Shown: positions 42,928-55,600 of the stretch, piece after piece
Numbering within the stretch: position 1 is the first letter of the stretch
How the letters are laid out: every line of letters begins with the position of its first letter
Assembly (NCBI RefSeq): GCF_009914755.1
Contig: NC_060934.1
DNA: 64,000 nt
Source: the human T2T-CHM13v2.0 reference genome, Homo sapiens
Reading direction: 5' to 3' (one strand)
Program-made: the position numbers and the translations under genes
Notes under the pieces: model-generated
Databases searched by the model: none
Seen by the model: the letters and a program-made list of their open reading frames with translations, nothing else
Told to the model about the DNA's origin: nothing

Positions 42928-43970
42928 AGTGCTTCAGAATTCTCCCAACTTTTATTTTCAGTATCTTCTTTCGTACTTCACTTTCCTGGTTGTACCTAAC
43001 AAATTATACAAATTATTTTAAATTATGATGAGTAATATTTTAATAACAAAATCTAGTATTTAATCAAAATTTGCCATTGTTTAGAAACTGTTATGAGCTG
43101 TTAGCTTGTATTGACATAGTACACTCATTCTAGGAGAGAATTACATTTAACTAATTTCGATCTGACATATGTACAAATTGAGTAGAACAGCAGTTATGTT
43201 ACATGTTTAGGGTCAGATAATTAGTAACTATTGAATACAGAACTTGCATATAGAAAATTTATTTCTAAAGCTCATGCCAGCATACTTTCCACTGGGAACT
43301 AATCATTTTCAGTGTTGATATTTCAAATAATTGGACTTTCATCTTCAATTAGAAAATAGGTAACAAGTAATCATCTTTAGAGGCAGAGTTCTACCAAATG
43401 CTATGGGACATATATGTGAACATTATCATCCTGGGTATCTCAGTGGAAATATAATTAACTTCTAATGCTCAATATGCTACTGAAAGCTCATGGAAATTAT
43501 TGGATTCAAAAGTGAAATTTTTTAAAAATGTACGTCCAATGGAAATGTAGCATCCATTGGAAATTACTGTTGTGGTTTTGTAATTTTGTAGTGAGACCGA
43601 GTTTGAAAACTACATGGAGAGCAGATATTATTGTTTCATATATGGTATATGTATTAGTCAGGGTTCCATAGAGAGAACTAATAAGATATATGTATATATA
43701 TCCTATTATAATAAGATATAATAATAACATGTATCTTATTATAATAGGATATATATACATATATCTTATGAGTGTACTATGTCAATACAAGCCCACAGCT
43801 CATAACAGTTTCTAAACAATGGCAAATTTTGATTAAATACTAGATTTTATGTTATTAAAATATTAATCATCATAATTTAAAATAATTTGTATAATTTGTT
43901 AGGTACAACCAGGAAAGTGAAGTATGAAAGAAGATACTGAAAATAAAAGTTGGCAGAATTCTGAAGCACT
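42928..43970. repeat. Long inverted repeat: arms 42928-43128 and 43768-43970
   Basis: Manual alignment of ~201-203-bp arms shows 5 substitutions and one 2-bp indel; spacer 639 bp. Confidence 0.95.
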
Positions 43971-44405
43971 ATGGGATACATGTATATCCTATATATATGT
44001 ATTAGTTTATTAAGTAATAATATTAAGGGGAGTTTACTAAGTATTAACTTACACAATCACAAGGTCCCACAATAGGCTGTCTGCAAGTTGAGGAGCAAGG
44101 AGAGCCAGTCAGAGTCTTAAAACTGAAGAACTTGGAGTCCGAAGTTTGAGGGCAAGAAGCATCCAGCATGGGAGAAAGATGTAGGCTGGGAGACTAGGCC
44201 AATCTTGCCTTTTTATGTTTTTCTGCCTGCTTTATATTCACTGGCAGCTGATAGATTGTGCCCACCAGATTAAGGGTGGGTCTGCCTTCCCCAGCCCACT
44301 GACTCAAATGTTAATCCCCTTTGGCAACACCCTCACAGACACACCCAGGATCAATACTTTGCATCCTTCAATCCAATCAAGTTGAACTGAGTATTAACAA
44401 TCAGA
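43650..44405 (-). mobile_element. HERV-L 3' LTR (MLT2A1-type), expanded by an internal insertion
   Basis: Minus strand reads ...caacttgattggattgaaggatgcaaagtattgatcctgggtgtgtctgtgaggg...aatataaagcaggcag...aaccctgactaataca. A PPT-like caagggctggact is adjacent at ~44406-44420. Confidence 0.92.
43681..43769. repeat. Perfect AT-rich palindrome (38-bp arms, 13-nt loop)
   Basis: ataagatatatgtatatatatcctattataataagata (43681-43718) is the exact reverse complement of 43732-43769. Confidence 0.95.
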
Positions 44406-45049
44406 AGTCCAGCCCTTGTCAACTTGAACCCATACACATATCCTGAGATAATACATATTCTGAGATAATACATAATCTTCAAATAAAGACAATAATAAGG
44501 TCATTATTATGCCTAACAAAATACAACTATACGACTGGAAATGCACCAATCCCCAACACAAATGCTATTACATAAAGTTAACAATACTTAAACGCCAATA
44601 TGAAGTCAATAAATCTTATGTCACATGATAAAGGAAAAGGAAATAAAATGAAGATATTTTCTTAGTACAAGTGCATACATGCACAAACATATTTTTAACG
44701 AAAGAAGGAGGAAATACTAATGACAGATACAGTCCTCATTTCTGCAGCTGGTCACCTGGTCGTAGCTGGTATTGATGACTACCTTCTTCTACTACCCATT
44801 CTGTACTGCCTTTGCCTTCAGCAAGCACCTCAGCAGGTCCTGTTTTTTTTTCCCTGGTGGAGTGACCCAAACCTTCATTCCTGAGGGGTCTGGACAATTT
44901 TTAGTCCTGCCTGGATTAGGCTGTTGTAGTTTCTCATTGACCCTAATCACAGGACATGGTAATACTAAGAGACATCCAATGGATTTCCTGTATTCCATGC
45001 ATACTCTTCCTTACCTCCCTTATGGGGTAGTAGACTGATTTCATCTTGA

Positions 45050-47998
45050 TAGTCCAGGTCAATCGCCCCAGCCAACACTGTAATTCCCTTCTTAGCCTGT
45101 TGACTTAAAGGTAAGAGGAGCCCAAAGTGTCAGGTGGCAATCTTAACTTCCAGTTTAAAGGAATCGTTGTTGGGTCCCCTGGTGGCAGCATTCCTTCCTC
45201 TGGGACTAAGACCTCCGGGCCAGCAGAACAGAATGTTGTGGGTACAGGAGGCAGAAATTTTGCTAGTAGATCACTAGGGGTGATGGTGAGTGGTGCCACT
45301 TCCACTTCCACCCCTGATTCCTGGACTCATGAATCCTGGCTATGGGAGAAACAGTACCATATACTGGATGCTGATTCAGAGCATACATGGCCTTCTGGAG
45401 AACTTTGTCCCAGCCTTGCAAAGTATTGTCACCTAGTTGGTGTTGTAATTATGAATTCAAAGGTCATTCCACCATTCTATCAATCCAGCTACTTCAGGAT
45501 GATGGAGAACATGGTAAAACCAGTTAATTCCATGAGCATGAGCCCACTGCCACATTTCTTTAGCCATTAAGTGAGTGAGTTGGTCAAAGGCAATGCTGTG
45601 TGGAATACCATGATGGTGGATAAGGCATTCCGTGAGTTCATGGATGATAGTCTTGGCAGAGGCATTGTGTGAAGAATAGGCAAACCCATATCCAGAGTAA
45701 GTATCTATTCCAATGAGGACAAACCTCTGCCCTTTCCATGATGGAAGAGGTCCAATATAATCAACTTGCCACCAAGTAGCTGGCTGATCACCCTGAGGAA
45801 TAGTGCCATATTGAGGGCTCAGTGTTGGTCTCTGCTGCTGGCAAGTTGGGCACTCAGCAGTGGTCATAGCCTGGTCTGCCTTGGTGAGTGGAAGCCCATG
45901 TTGCTGAGCCCATGGATAACCTCCATCCCTGCCACCATGGCCACTTTGCTCCTTGGCCCATTGGGCAATGACTGGGGTGGCTGGGGAAAGAGGCTGAGTG
46001 GTGTCCACAGAACAGGTCATCCTATCCAATTGATTATTAAAATCCTCCTGTGCTGAGGTCACCCACTGATGAGCACTCACATGGGATACAAGTATCTTAA
46101 CAGTTTTGGACCACTCAGAGAGGTCCATCCACATACCTCTTCCCCAAATTTCTTTGTCACCAATTTTCCAACCATGCTTCTTCCAAGTCCCTGAACATCC
46201 AGACAAACCATTGGCTACAGCCCAAGAATCGGTACACAATCACATATCTGGCCATTTCTCCTTCCATGCAAAGTGCACAACCAGGTGCACTGCTCAAAGT
46301 TCTGTCCAGTGGGAAGATCTCCTTTCACCGCTGTCCTTCAGGGATGTCCTAGAAGGGGCTGTAGTGCTATAGCTGTCCACTTGCGGGTGGTGCCTGCATA
46401 TCTTAAAGAACCATCTGTGAGCCAGGCTCTTGTCTTCTCTTCCTCTGTCAACTGATCATAGGGAACTCCCCATAAGGCCATAGGTGCAGGCTGGGGAAGA
46501 GAAGGCAGGGCGGCAAAAGTGGAGACAGGGGCATTTAAACTACTTTCTCATGTAACTTACTTATGTCTTCAGAACTTGCTCAAGCTCGATCACATATATA
46601 CCACTTCCGTTTGATGATGGAATGCTGCTGTGCATGATCCACTTTATGGCTAGATGGGTCAGAAAGTACCCAGTTCATGATAGGCAGTTCAGGTCATATG
46701 GTAACTTGATGACCCGCAGTCAGTTTCCACCAAAGCCCAGTAACAGGCCAAGAGCTGTATCTCAGAAGAGAGTAGTTATCTGCAGAAGATGTCAGGGCCT
46801 TGCTCAAAAATCCTAAAGGCCTCCACTGTGATTCACCTGTAGCGGCCTGCCAAAGGCTCCAATCAGCATTCCCATCTGCCAGTGACACCTCAAGCACCAT
46901 TGGACCTGCTGGGTCATGTGACCTAAGCAGCAGAGCAGCTTGCACATCTGGACCTGTTGCAGAGCCTTCTCCTGTTCTGGACCCCACTCAAAACTGGAAG
47001 CCTTTTGGGTCACTTGATAAATGGGCCAGAGTAACACACCCAAATGTGTTGCCTCCAAAATCCAAATAGGCCACTAGGCATTGTGCCTCTTTCTTGATAT
47101 CTTGTGGAAGCAAAAAACAATCAAGGTCTCTCTGAATAAGATTATGACACAAAGCTGGAGAGTTGATATTCTTCTGAAGTAGGACAGTAAAGACACATTG
47201 CTGGTCTTGCCAGCTGAAGGCAAATTGCTTCTGGTGGGCCTTACGGACAGGAATGGAGAAAAAGGCATTTGCCAAGTCAACGGCTACGTACCAGGTACCA
47301 GGAGATGTGTTAATTTGCTCAAGCCATTAAACCACATCTGGTACAGCAGCTGCAATTGGAGTCACCACTTGGTTAAGTTTATGATAATCCACTGTCATTT
47401 TTCAAGATCCATCTGTCTTCTGAACAGGCCCAATGTGAGAGTTGAATGGGGATGTGGTAGGAATCATCACCCCTGCGTCTTTCATGTCCTTGATGGTGGC
47501 ACTAATCTCCATAATCCCACCAGGGATGCGATAATGTTTTTGATTTACTATTTTTCTAGGTAGAGGCAGCTCTGATGGCTTCCATTTGGCCTTTTCCACC
47601 ATAATAGCCCTCAGCCTACCAGTCAGGGAGCCAATGTGGGGGTTCTGCCAGATACTATGTATGTCTATGCCAATTATGCATTCTGGCACTGGGGAAATGA
47701 TCGTAGGAAGAGTCCAGGTACCCACTGGACCCACTTTTAGTCAGGCCTGAGCTAAAACTTCATTAACTACCTGACCTTCATAAGCCCCTACTTTAACTGG
47801 AAAACCACTATGATCTTTTGGGTCCCCTGGAATCAACATCAACTCAGAGCCAGGGTCCAGTAGTCCCTGAAATGTCTGATCGTTTCCCTTTCTCCAATGT
47901 ACAGTTACCCTGGTAAAAGGCCAGGAGTCTCCTTTGGGAAGGATGGGGGAAAGATCCACTACGTAAATTATTAGTAATGTAGTGGGGTCCTTCCTCAA
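45050..47998 (-). pseudogene. pol: HERV-L pro/pol remnant (protease, RT, RNase H, integrase, dUTPase-like)
   Basis: Protease GLLDPGSEL; RT PFNS..PVQKTDGS and LANAFFSIP; RNase H TDS..VANG; integrase SGHGG...CPTC and WQVDYIGPLP; dUTPase-like LPPGD-TTIPLNWKLRLPP. Confidence 0.88.
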
Positions 47999-48608
47999 AA
48001 GGACCTGGCCTCCCCTTCATTCAGGGGGTTCTGGGTCTGTAAACTGGCTCAAGCCTGGAAATTGATTGAGAGGCTGTGATTCTCTGTTTTTATACTTCAA
48101 GTTAGACTTTTGTCCATTCAACCTAGAAGTTTCCTCCTTATATAAATTAAGTAGGAATGCAGTAGGCTTCCTATCAATTTCATTTCTAGGAACACTGTGA
48201 TTAATTAGCCAGTGCCAGAGCTCTACATGTGTCAGACTATTCTGATTGCTGCTTTATCTCTGCTGTTCATTACGGTAGCTACGTCCACCTTGCCTTTGAC
48301 AGTTGAGTGCTGCCACTTGGCCCCTGCCACCTGGGGATCAAATTATTCCCATTGTATTTAATTTTATAGTTGAGTGACTACTGTTCCCACTGTTAGATCT
48401 GACATACAGAGAAGAGAAATTACAGGGCTCTTCAAAGATGCAGGTGCTGCCCTCACAAATCTATTTCACAAGCCATTGGTCAGGGGTATATCTTCTGAAC
48501 CTTCCCAGCTGAGATGAGCAGGTTTAAAGTGACTCATCCACTCCACCACCCCAATCTCATTAAGCCTTTGGATCCCTTCCTCTACATTAAACCAAGGGAG
48601 ATCAGGCA

Positions 48609-48760
48609 TTTCCAGCTCACTCATGGTGGGCCATCTTTTAATCCATATTTCAGCTAACTAAGCAAATAAACTATTAGAACCTTTTTCCAGCTCACTCATG
48701 GTGGGCCATCTTTTAATCCATATTTCAGCGAACTAAGCAAATAAACTATTAGAACCTTTT
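48609..48760. repeat. 75-bp tandem duplication within HERV-L gag
   Basis: tccagctcactcatggtggg...ctattagaacc starts at 48611 and again at 48686; one mismatch. Confidence 0.92.
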
Positions 48761-49302
48761 ATAACTGCCCAACGTTATCTGCAAAGTCCCTACTTAGTGG
48801 GCCCAAATCAATAAATTCAGCCTGATTCAACTCTGTGTTCCTTCCACCATTATCCCATTCTCTTAACATCCATTTCCATGCCTGTTCTCCAGATTTCTGT
48901 TTCTATACATTAGAGAACTCAAGCAGTTCTTTTTGAGTGTAGCACACCTCCTCATGGGTCACCCTCCCAACCTCATCCTTAGGGGCCTGCCAGGACTTTA
49001 GTCTAGTTATAGGTCTAGAAGCAAACAGGGGTGTTGGGGGTGGCTCCTGAGGAGAATCAACATTATTTTGCCTGGAAACTGCCTTGGGGGAGGCCATCAC
49101 TGTTGCCTCAGGCAGCACAGAGTTTATCTCCTCATACAAAGGTGGAAACGCTGATGACAGCATGGGTCAGGGAGGGGATGTTGCCACTACTGGGGATGCG
49201 GAAGCTGTTTCTTCTGGCAAAAAAGGTTCATCAGAGTTTGCAAACTCCGTGTCTCCAGCTTCATCAGGTTCGTCCCACACATCCCCATTCCCAGTTGCAG
49301 GG

Positions 49303-49310
<8 letters not shown>

Positions 49311-49333
<23 letters not shown>

Positions 49334-49578
49334 TTTTTGAGATGGAGTTTTGCTCTTGTTGCCCAGGCTGGAGTGCAATGGCATTTGCTGAATTGCCTCA
49401 GCCTCCTGAGTAGCTGGGATTAGAGGCATGAGTCACCAAGCCCAGCTAATTTTGTATTTTTAATAAAGATGGAGTTTCTCCATGTTGGTCAGGCTGGTCT
49501 CTAACTCCTGACCTCAGGTCCGCCCGCTTCGGCCTCCCAAAGTGCTGGGATTACAGGCATGAGCCACCACGCCCAGCC
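49311..49578 (-). mobile_element. AluSp-like inserted in gag, with an internal deletion
   Basis: TSD ccattctttt at 49305-49314 and 49579-49588. The right monomer lacks the usual gatctcggctcactgcaacc segment. Confidence 0.92.
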
Positions 49579-50145
49579 CCATTCTTTTCCAATCAATGCC
49601 CTCGTTTTAACAGGAGACACCTGGCGAGGCCTGTGCAAGCACCTTTTGTTGCAGGTCAGCCAATCGCATGATAAGAGCTTGTGTTTGTTTTTCCACAATT
49701 TCAGCTCTTTCTCTACTGGAGATAAAACTCTCACTCAGGGCAATCTTAGCAGATTTGAGGCTCAGTGTCTGCTTCTGAAGCTGTTAGACAGAATCCCTGA
49801 GTTCATCATTTTCTTTCATCACTTTGTCCACTGAACTTAGGAGCAACCAACCAGCTTCATTATGTTCGTTGGTTCTCTACGTATGGTCAAAGGTATTATG
49901 TATAGAATCACTAAACTCCTTGCTTCTCATGAGCAGTGTATCAGGAGTGTCAAATGGAATTATTTTGCATAACTCTCTAAACAGTTTATGCCAAGGACGA
50001 TCAGTGTTCTCCATACTATTAGAAGTAGAGTCTTTAGCATTTTTGGGTCTTATATTAAGCAGCCAACTCCAGAAAGCCCAAAACCAATGAAAGAACTCCA
50101 TCCTTAATATTCTATTCCTCTAGAACCACTCCTGGTACCAAAATC

Positions 50146-50195
50146 TGTATTAGTCAGGGTTCCCTAGAGGGACAGAGCTAATAGGACGTGTATAT
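50146..50195 (-). mobile_element. HERV-L 5' LTR stub (about 50 bp)
   Basis: tgtattagtcagggttccctagagggacagagctaataggac lies next to the PBS; homology ends at gtgtatat. Confidence 0.85.
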
Positions 50196-51240
50196 TTCTC
50201 ATTGGTCTTTTTGGATTTGTGTATCATTGCACCAATACCTTGCTATCTATTGCAGAAGTTTAAAGTCTAAGATTTTGTTGTTTCTCTTCAAGATTTTCTT
50301 GGCTATTATGAATTCTTGTGATTTCCATATAAAAGTGAGAATTAGGTTTTGAATCTCTACAGAGAAATTCTCTTGGAATTTTGATCTAATTTTCTATTTA
50401 ATCTATAGATCAATCTGGAAATAAAAACAATTTGCTGGTAGTGTGTCTTCTGATTCATAAACATAGCTACCAGGATTTTAGGACTTTAATTTCTCTCAAT
50501 AATACTTCATAGATTTCTGTTCAGAGGTCTTCATTTCCTTATGTTAGATTTATTCTGAGTAATTAGATGATTTATGCCATTGTGTGTAGTATCATTTTTT
50601 AAAGATTTCATATTCTAATATCATATTGCTATTACATAGAAATGCAATTGATACTTGTAAAATAATCTTGATTCCAACAAAAGTATTGGCAAATTATTTT
50701 ATTATTTCTAGTAGTTTATCTATGGATTCATTTGAATTTTAACATACACAATTATATCTATGAATAATGAGAAATGTATATCTTCATTTCCAATCTCTAC
50801 ATATTTCTTTTATATATGTGAATTATCATTTATATGTATATATATGTTTCACATATAGAAATCTCTAATTCCATATTACTTTATTTTAAATATACATTTT
50901 TAGGTTAAGGAAATACCCTTGTATTCCTACTTTGCTGAGAGTTTTTTTTTTATCATCAGTGGGGGTTGAATTTTGTCAAATATTTTATTCTGCATATATT
51001 GAAATGTTCGTATGATTTTTCTCCTTTCATATCTTATTGTGATGAATTACATCAGTGGATTATTGAATGTTGACATAAATTTGCATTCCTTAGGTAAGAC
51101 CCACCATTTTATGATTTAGTATATTTTTTGTGTATTATGAAATTTGATTTGCTAATATTTTATTAAGGGTTTGTTTCTTGTAAGATTTTCCCTATCAGAG
51201 TTATGCTTGCTTTATTCAACAAGTTGGAAAATATCACCTC
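50196..51240 (-). mobile_element. Old L1M (L1ME-like) ORF2 fragment
   Basis: aatctatagatcaatctgg...gaaatgcaattga...gttgaattttgtcaaa...tttgctaatattttattaagg. Confidence 0.7.
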
Positions 51241-51844
51241 CTTAACCCAGAAAAATTCCCTTGTAAGAGAATTGTTAGGCAGAAAGAATTGTTTTTACAT
51301 CTGGGAATCTTTCAGATTCAAATTCTCCAGGCTAATACACGTCCTTCAAAAGTTGGTTATACACTTGCTTTTCTCCTGTTCCTCCCCGACCCTGTCCTAG
51401 GAAGGGTTCATCATGACAAAGCCTAGCTTTTTAGATTCCTTTTGTCCTCAGATCTTTAATGTCTTTAAAGAAAATAGTGCATTATTTGTTTTATTTAACT
51501 GATTTCTCAACAGTTTGATGGATATGAGTGTCTTTATGTCTTTCTGTTATTAATTATGATTAATATTACTTCTTAATCAGAAGTTGAACTTTCCTTGAAT
51601 TCTTAGTTTCAGTTATACATTTTGGGTTCCTTTTGAGGGGCTCTTGTAGTTGCCAGTTCTTCACCAAAATTCTTTCCATCTTGTCATTTTATTTATTGAA
51701 TGTATTAATCACAGTTATTTGAAAATAATTAGGCAACTCCAATACCTGGATCTCCTCCAACTCTATTCTACTGTCTGGTTTTTCACTTGCACTTGGTCAA
51801 TTGTGTTCATTTACATGCTTGCTGTGGCAATTATTGATCTATGA

Positions 51845-52827
<983 letters not shown>

Positions 52828-53949
52828 CTTTGTTACTTTTTTAATGAATGCTAGACATTCTGCATTGCATAGTTTAGAGATAAAAGTGCAAGCAGGACTT
52901 TTGGAATGGGTAGTACTTTAATCCCATCGTGATTTGAGCTGTTTCAAAGCTAAATTTGACTCCTTGTAGAACCTACTCTGTATCTGGTTAATACTTATTT
53001 TTACAACGCAATCCTTCTGGGCCCCAATTAAATCTTATTTGTAAGCAAAGACTCCTCCTTTTTGACAGCTCCTGAACTCCATTTTCACCCCCAGACCTGT
53101 AAGAATGCCAATACTCTCAGCTTCCACTTTATGCTTAGATTTGTAGCCTCTCAGCTGCTGTTTTAAAATCAGCAACTGCCTCAAGGAGAAATGCAGTGCC
53201 AACTGTTAGGCTCATCATTTTAGGCTTCCCTGCTTTCTGGAGTGTTGGCCCTAAAAATTCTCACTTCCTTTTTAGCTCTCCTATGGCTTCAGAAAGAGTT
53301 TTAGAGAATTTTGTCCAAGTCATTCAGTTTTTCTCAGTGGGAAGTTTAGACAAGCTGACAACCCTGTCCGCTTTCTAATGCCAAGGGGAAATTTAACAAG
53401 TCCTATTTTTTTTCAACTGTTCCCTCCCACCACCTTTAATACCATGATTCCCTAACAGTGCTATCAGGTGAAATCAGGAGACTCATCCTCAGACTCCATC
53501 ATGACTTCCTGCTCTATCATTTTCAATTATATTCTCTTTAAAGAATGTGAATGAAAACTTTCATCTAGATATCAAACTTTCTTAAAGTTGGACTGTTAGA
53601 AAGCAAGTTGATTAAGAACTCACGTTGCCACTACTCTTGCATCAAGGGAGAGATCAAGCAGTGACATCAGAGGCAAAAGTCTTCTTTGTTTGTTATTACA
53701 TGGAATGTCATAAATTATAGATTTGCAGGGATTTATCATCATCACCATAACTTCTAATTATAAGTTCAAAAATAACATGGAGATTTAAGTTGGCATTATC
53801 CATACAATGTAACAAATGAAGTAGCATTTTAAAATGATGTTGGAGGAAAAGCTTTAAATTATACAGAATCAAATATGAAACATATTTTGGGTAAAGTACA
53901 GAAAATATATGATATCATGAAATCTCAAGAATATATTGTAAAATCATAG

Positions 53950-54271
<322 letters not shown>

Positions 54272-54302
54272 TACTTGCTTCTTAATAAGAAACATGGTAC
54301 AA

Positions 54303-54609
54303 ATTTTTCTTTTTCTTTTCTTTTTTTTTTTCTCTCTTTTTGAGACAGGGTCTTGCTCTGTTGCCCAGGCTGGAGTACGGTGGTGTAATCTCGGCCCACT
54401 GCAGCCTCAACCTCCTGGGCACTAGTAATTCTCCCACCCCAGCCTCCAGAGTACCATGACTGGTTAATTGTTTTCTTTTGTTTGCTTGTTTTCGTAGAGA
54501 TGGGGTCTCACTGTATTGCCTCTTTGGTCTTGAACTTCTGGGCTCAAGCAATCATCCTGCCTCAGTCTCCCAAAGTGCTGGGATTATAGGCCGGAGCCAC
54601 TGCACCTGG
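54303..54609 (-). mobile_element. AluJ with internal deletions
   Basis: gagacagggtcttgctctg...gcagcctcaacctcctggg...gggctcaagcaatc are J-type diagnostics. Confidence 0.88.
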
Positions 54610-55009
54610 AAAAAAAACATTATTTTTTATTGTCCTACTTTTCTTTAGTTTCTCAACATCTGTAATAAGCATGTGCAACTGTGATAATCAGAATATGATT
54701 TTGAAAGAGAGTAAGAGATCAGTACGCATTCCATAACATTGTGTTCTTTACGTTAAATGTACACAATAAAATTTTTTAATTAAAAAACAGAATAAAGTAA
54801 TACAACTAGTTTCTTTTCATATTATTAACTCACCATCTATTTAGCCTATTCAATTGGTATCAGCCTCATTAACAATGTTCACATCCCCTCTGTATCTATC
54901 TACACACCTTACAGCTGTCTTCATCACAACTTCTTCTCAGGCATCTCTGAGAATATACATATCCATTTGCATTAATTAGACTTAGTCTCCTGAAAGCCCC
55001 CTTAAGACA

Positions 55010-55600
55010 GACACAGCAAGCTAATTGTAAAGGTGATGTTTGTTGGCAAAAGTAGAAAGCCCATATTCTTTGGGGTGATGGTGTAGAACATTGTGGGCAT
55101 TCTGGAGAGCAACATGGTGGTACTTAGTCACAATCAGTGTGCACATATCCTATGACACAGCTGTCCAAGCTTTACACAGGTTCACAAGGAGACATAGATC
55201 AGTATGTGCAGAGTTGGAGGCAATACACTATTAAAATAAAGAATAACCATAATGTGATAAATGCAAACTATGAAATATTCTGTTGCAGGTAGAAGTAAAG
55301 ATAATACACACACATACACACAGTCATGCACACACAATAAAAGTGAATTAGCTTAATAACAGTGCTGAAAATGCAAAACTGATGAATAGAAAGAATTCTA
55401 TGGTATTATATATAGTTTAAAACTTTATATAAAATAATTATAAAAATATAGATATAAAATAATTTTAACATAATTAAAATTAAACATGTAAAAATATTTC
55501 CCCAAAATATGCATTTTCCAAAGATATGTAAACGTTCACAGATATATTTTAAACTCATTAGAATATTGGCCTGTTGCTGGGAGAAGAATAAATCTGGAAT
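55010..55600 (+). mobile_element. Highly diverged L1ME-like 3' fragment
   Basis: ttctggagagcaacatgg...tatcctatgacacagc...aactatgaaatattc. Confidence 0.4.

Larger units (their letters stand above)
48000..50101 (-). pseudogene. gag: HERV-L gag remnant
   Basis: FWSWLLNIRPKNAKDSTSNSMENTDRPW..., PQEPPPTPLFASRPITRLKS...YTQKELLEFSN. Interrupted by stops, frameshifts, an Alu and a 75-nt duplication. Confidence 0.8.
44406..50145 (-). mobile_element. HERV-L internal region (gag-pro-pol-dUTPase, no env), decayed
   Basis: Fragmented ORFs with ERV-L gag, protease, RT, RNase H, integrase and dUTPase-like signatures. PBS TGGTACCAGGAGTGGTTC (tRNA-Leu type) at 50123-50140 on minus. Confidence 0.93.

Noticed and set aside
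42928-43970. Inverted repeat interpreted as TIRs of a DNA transposon or MITE
   Set aside because: One arm lies inside an LTR whose end is within the spacer, and there is no flanking TSD or transposon-type terminus. A templated inverted duplication fits better.
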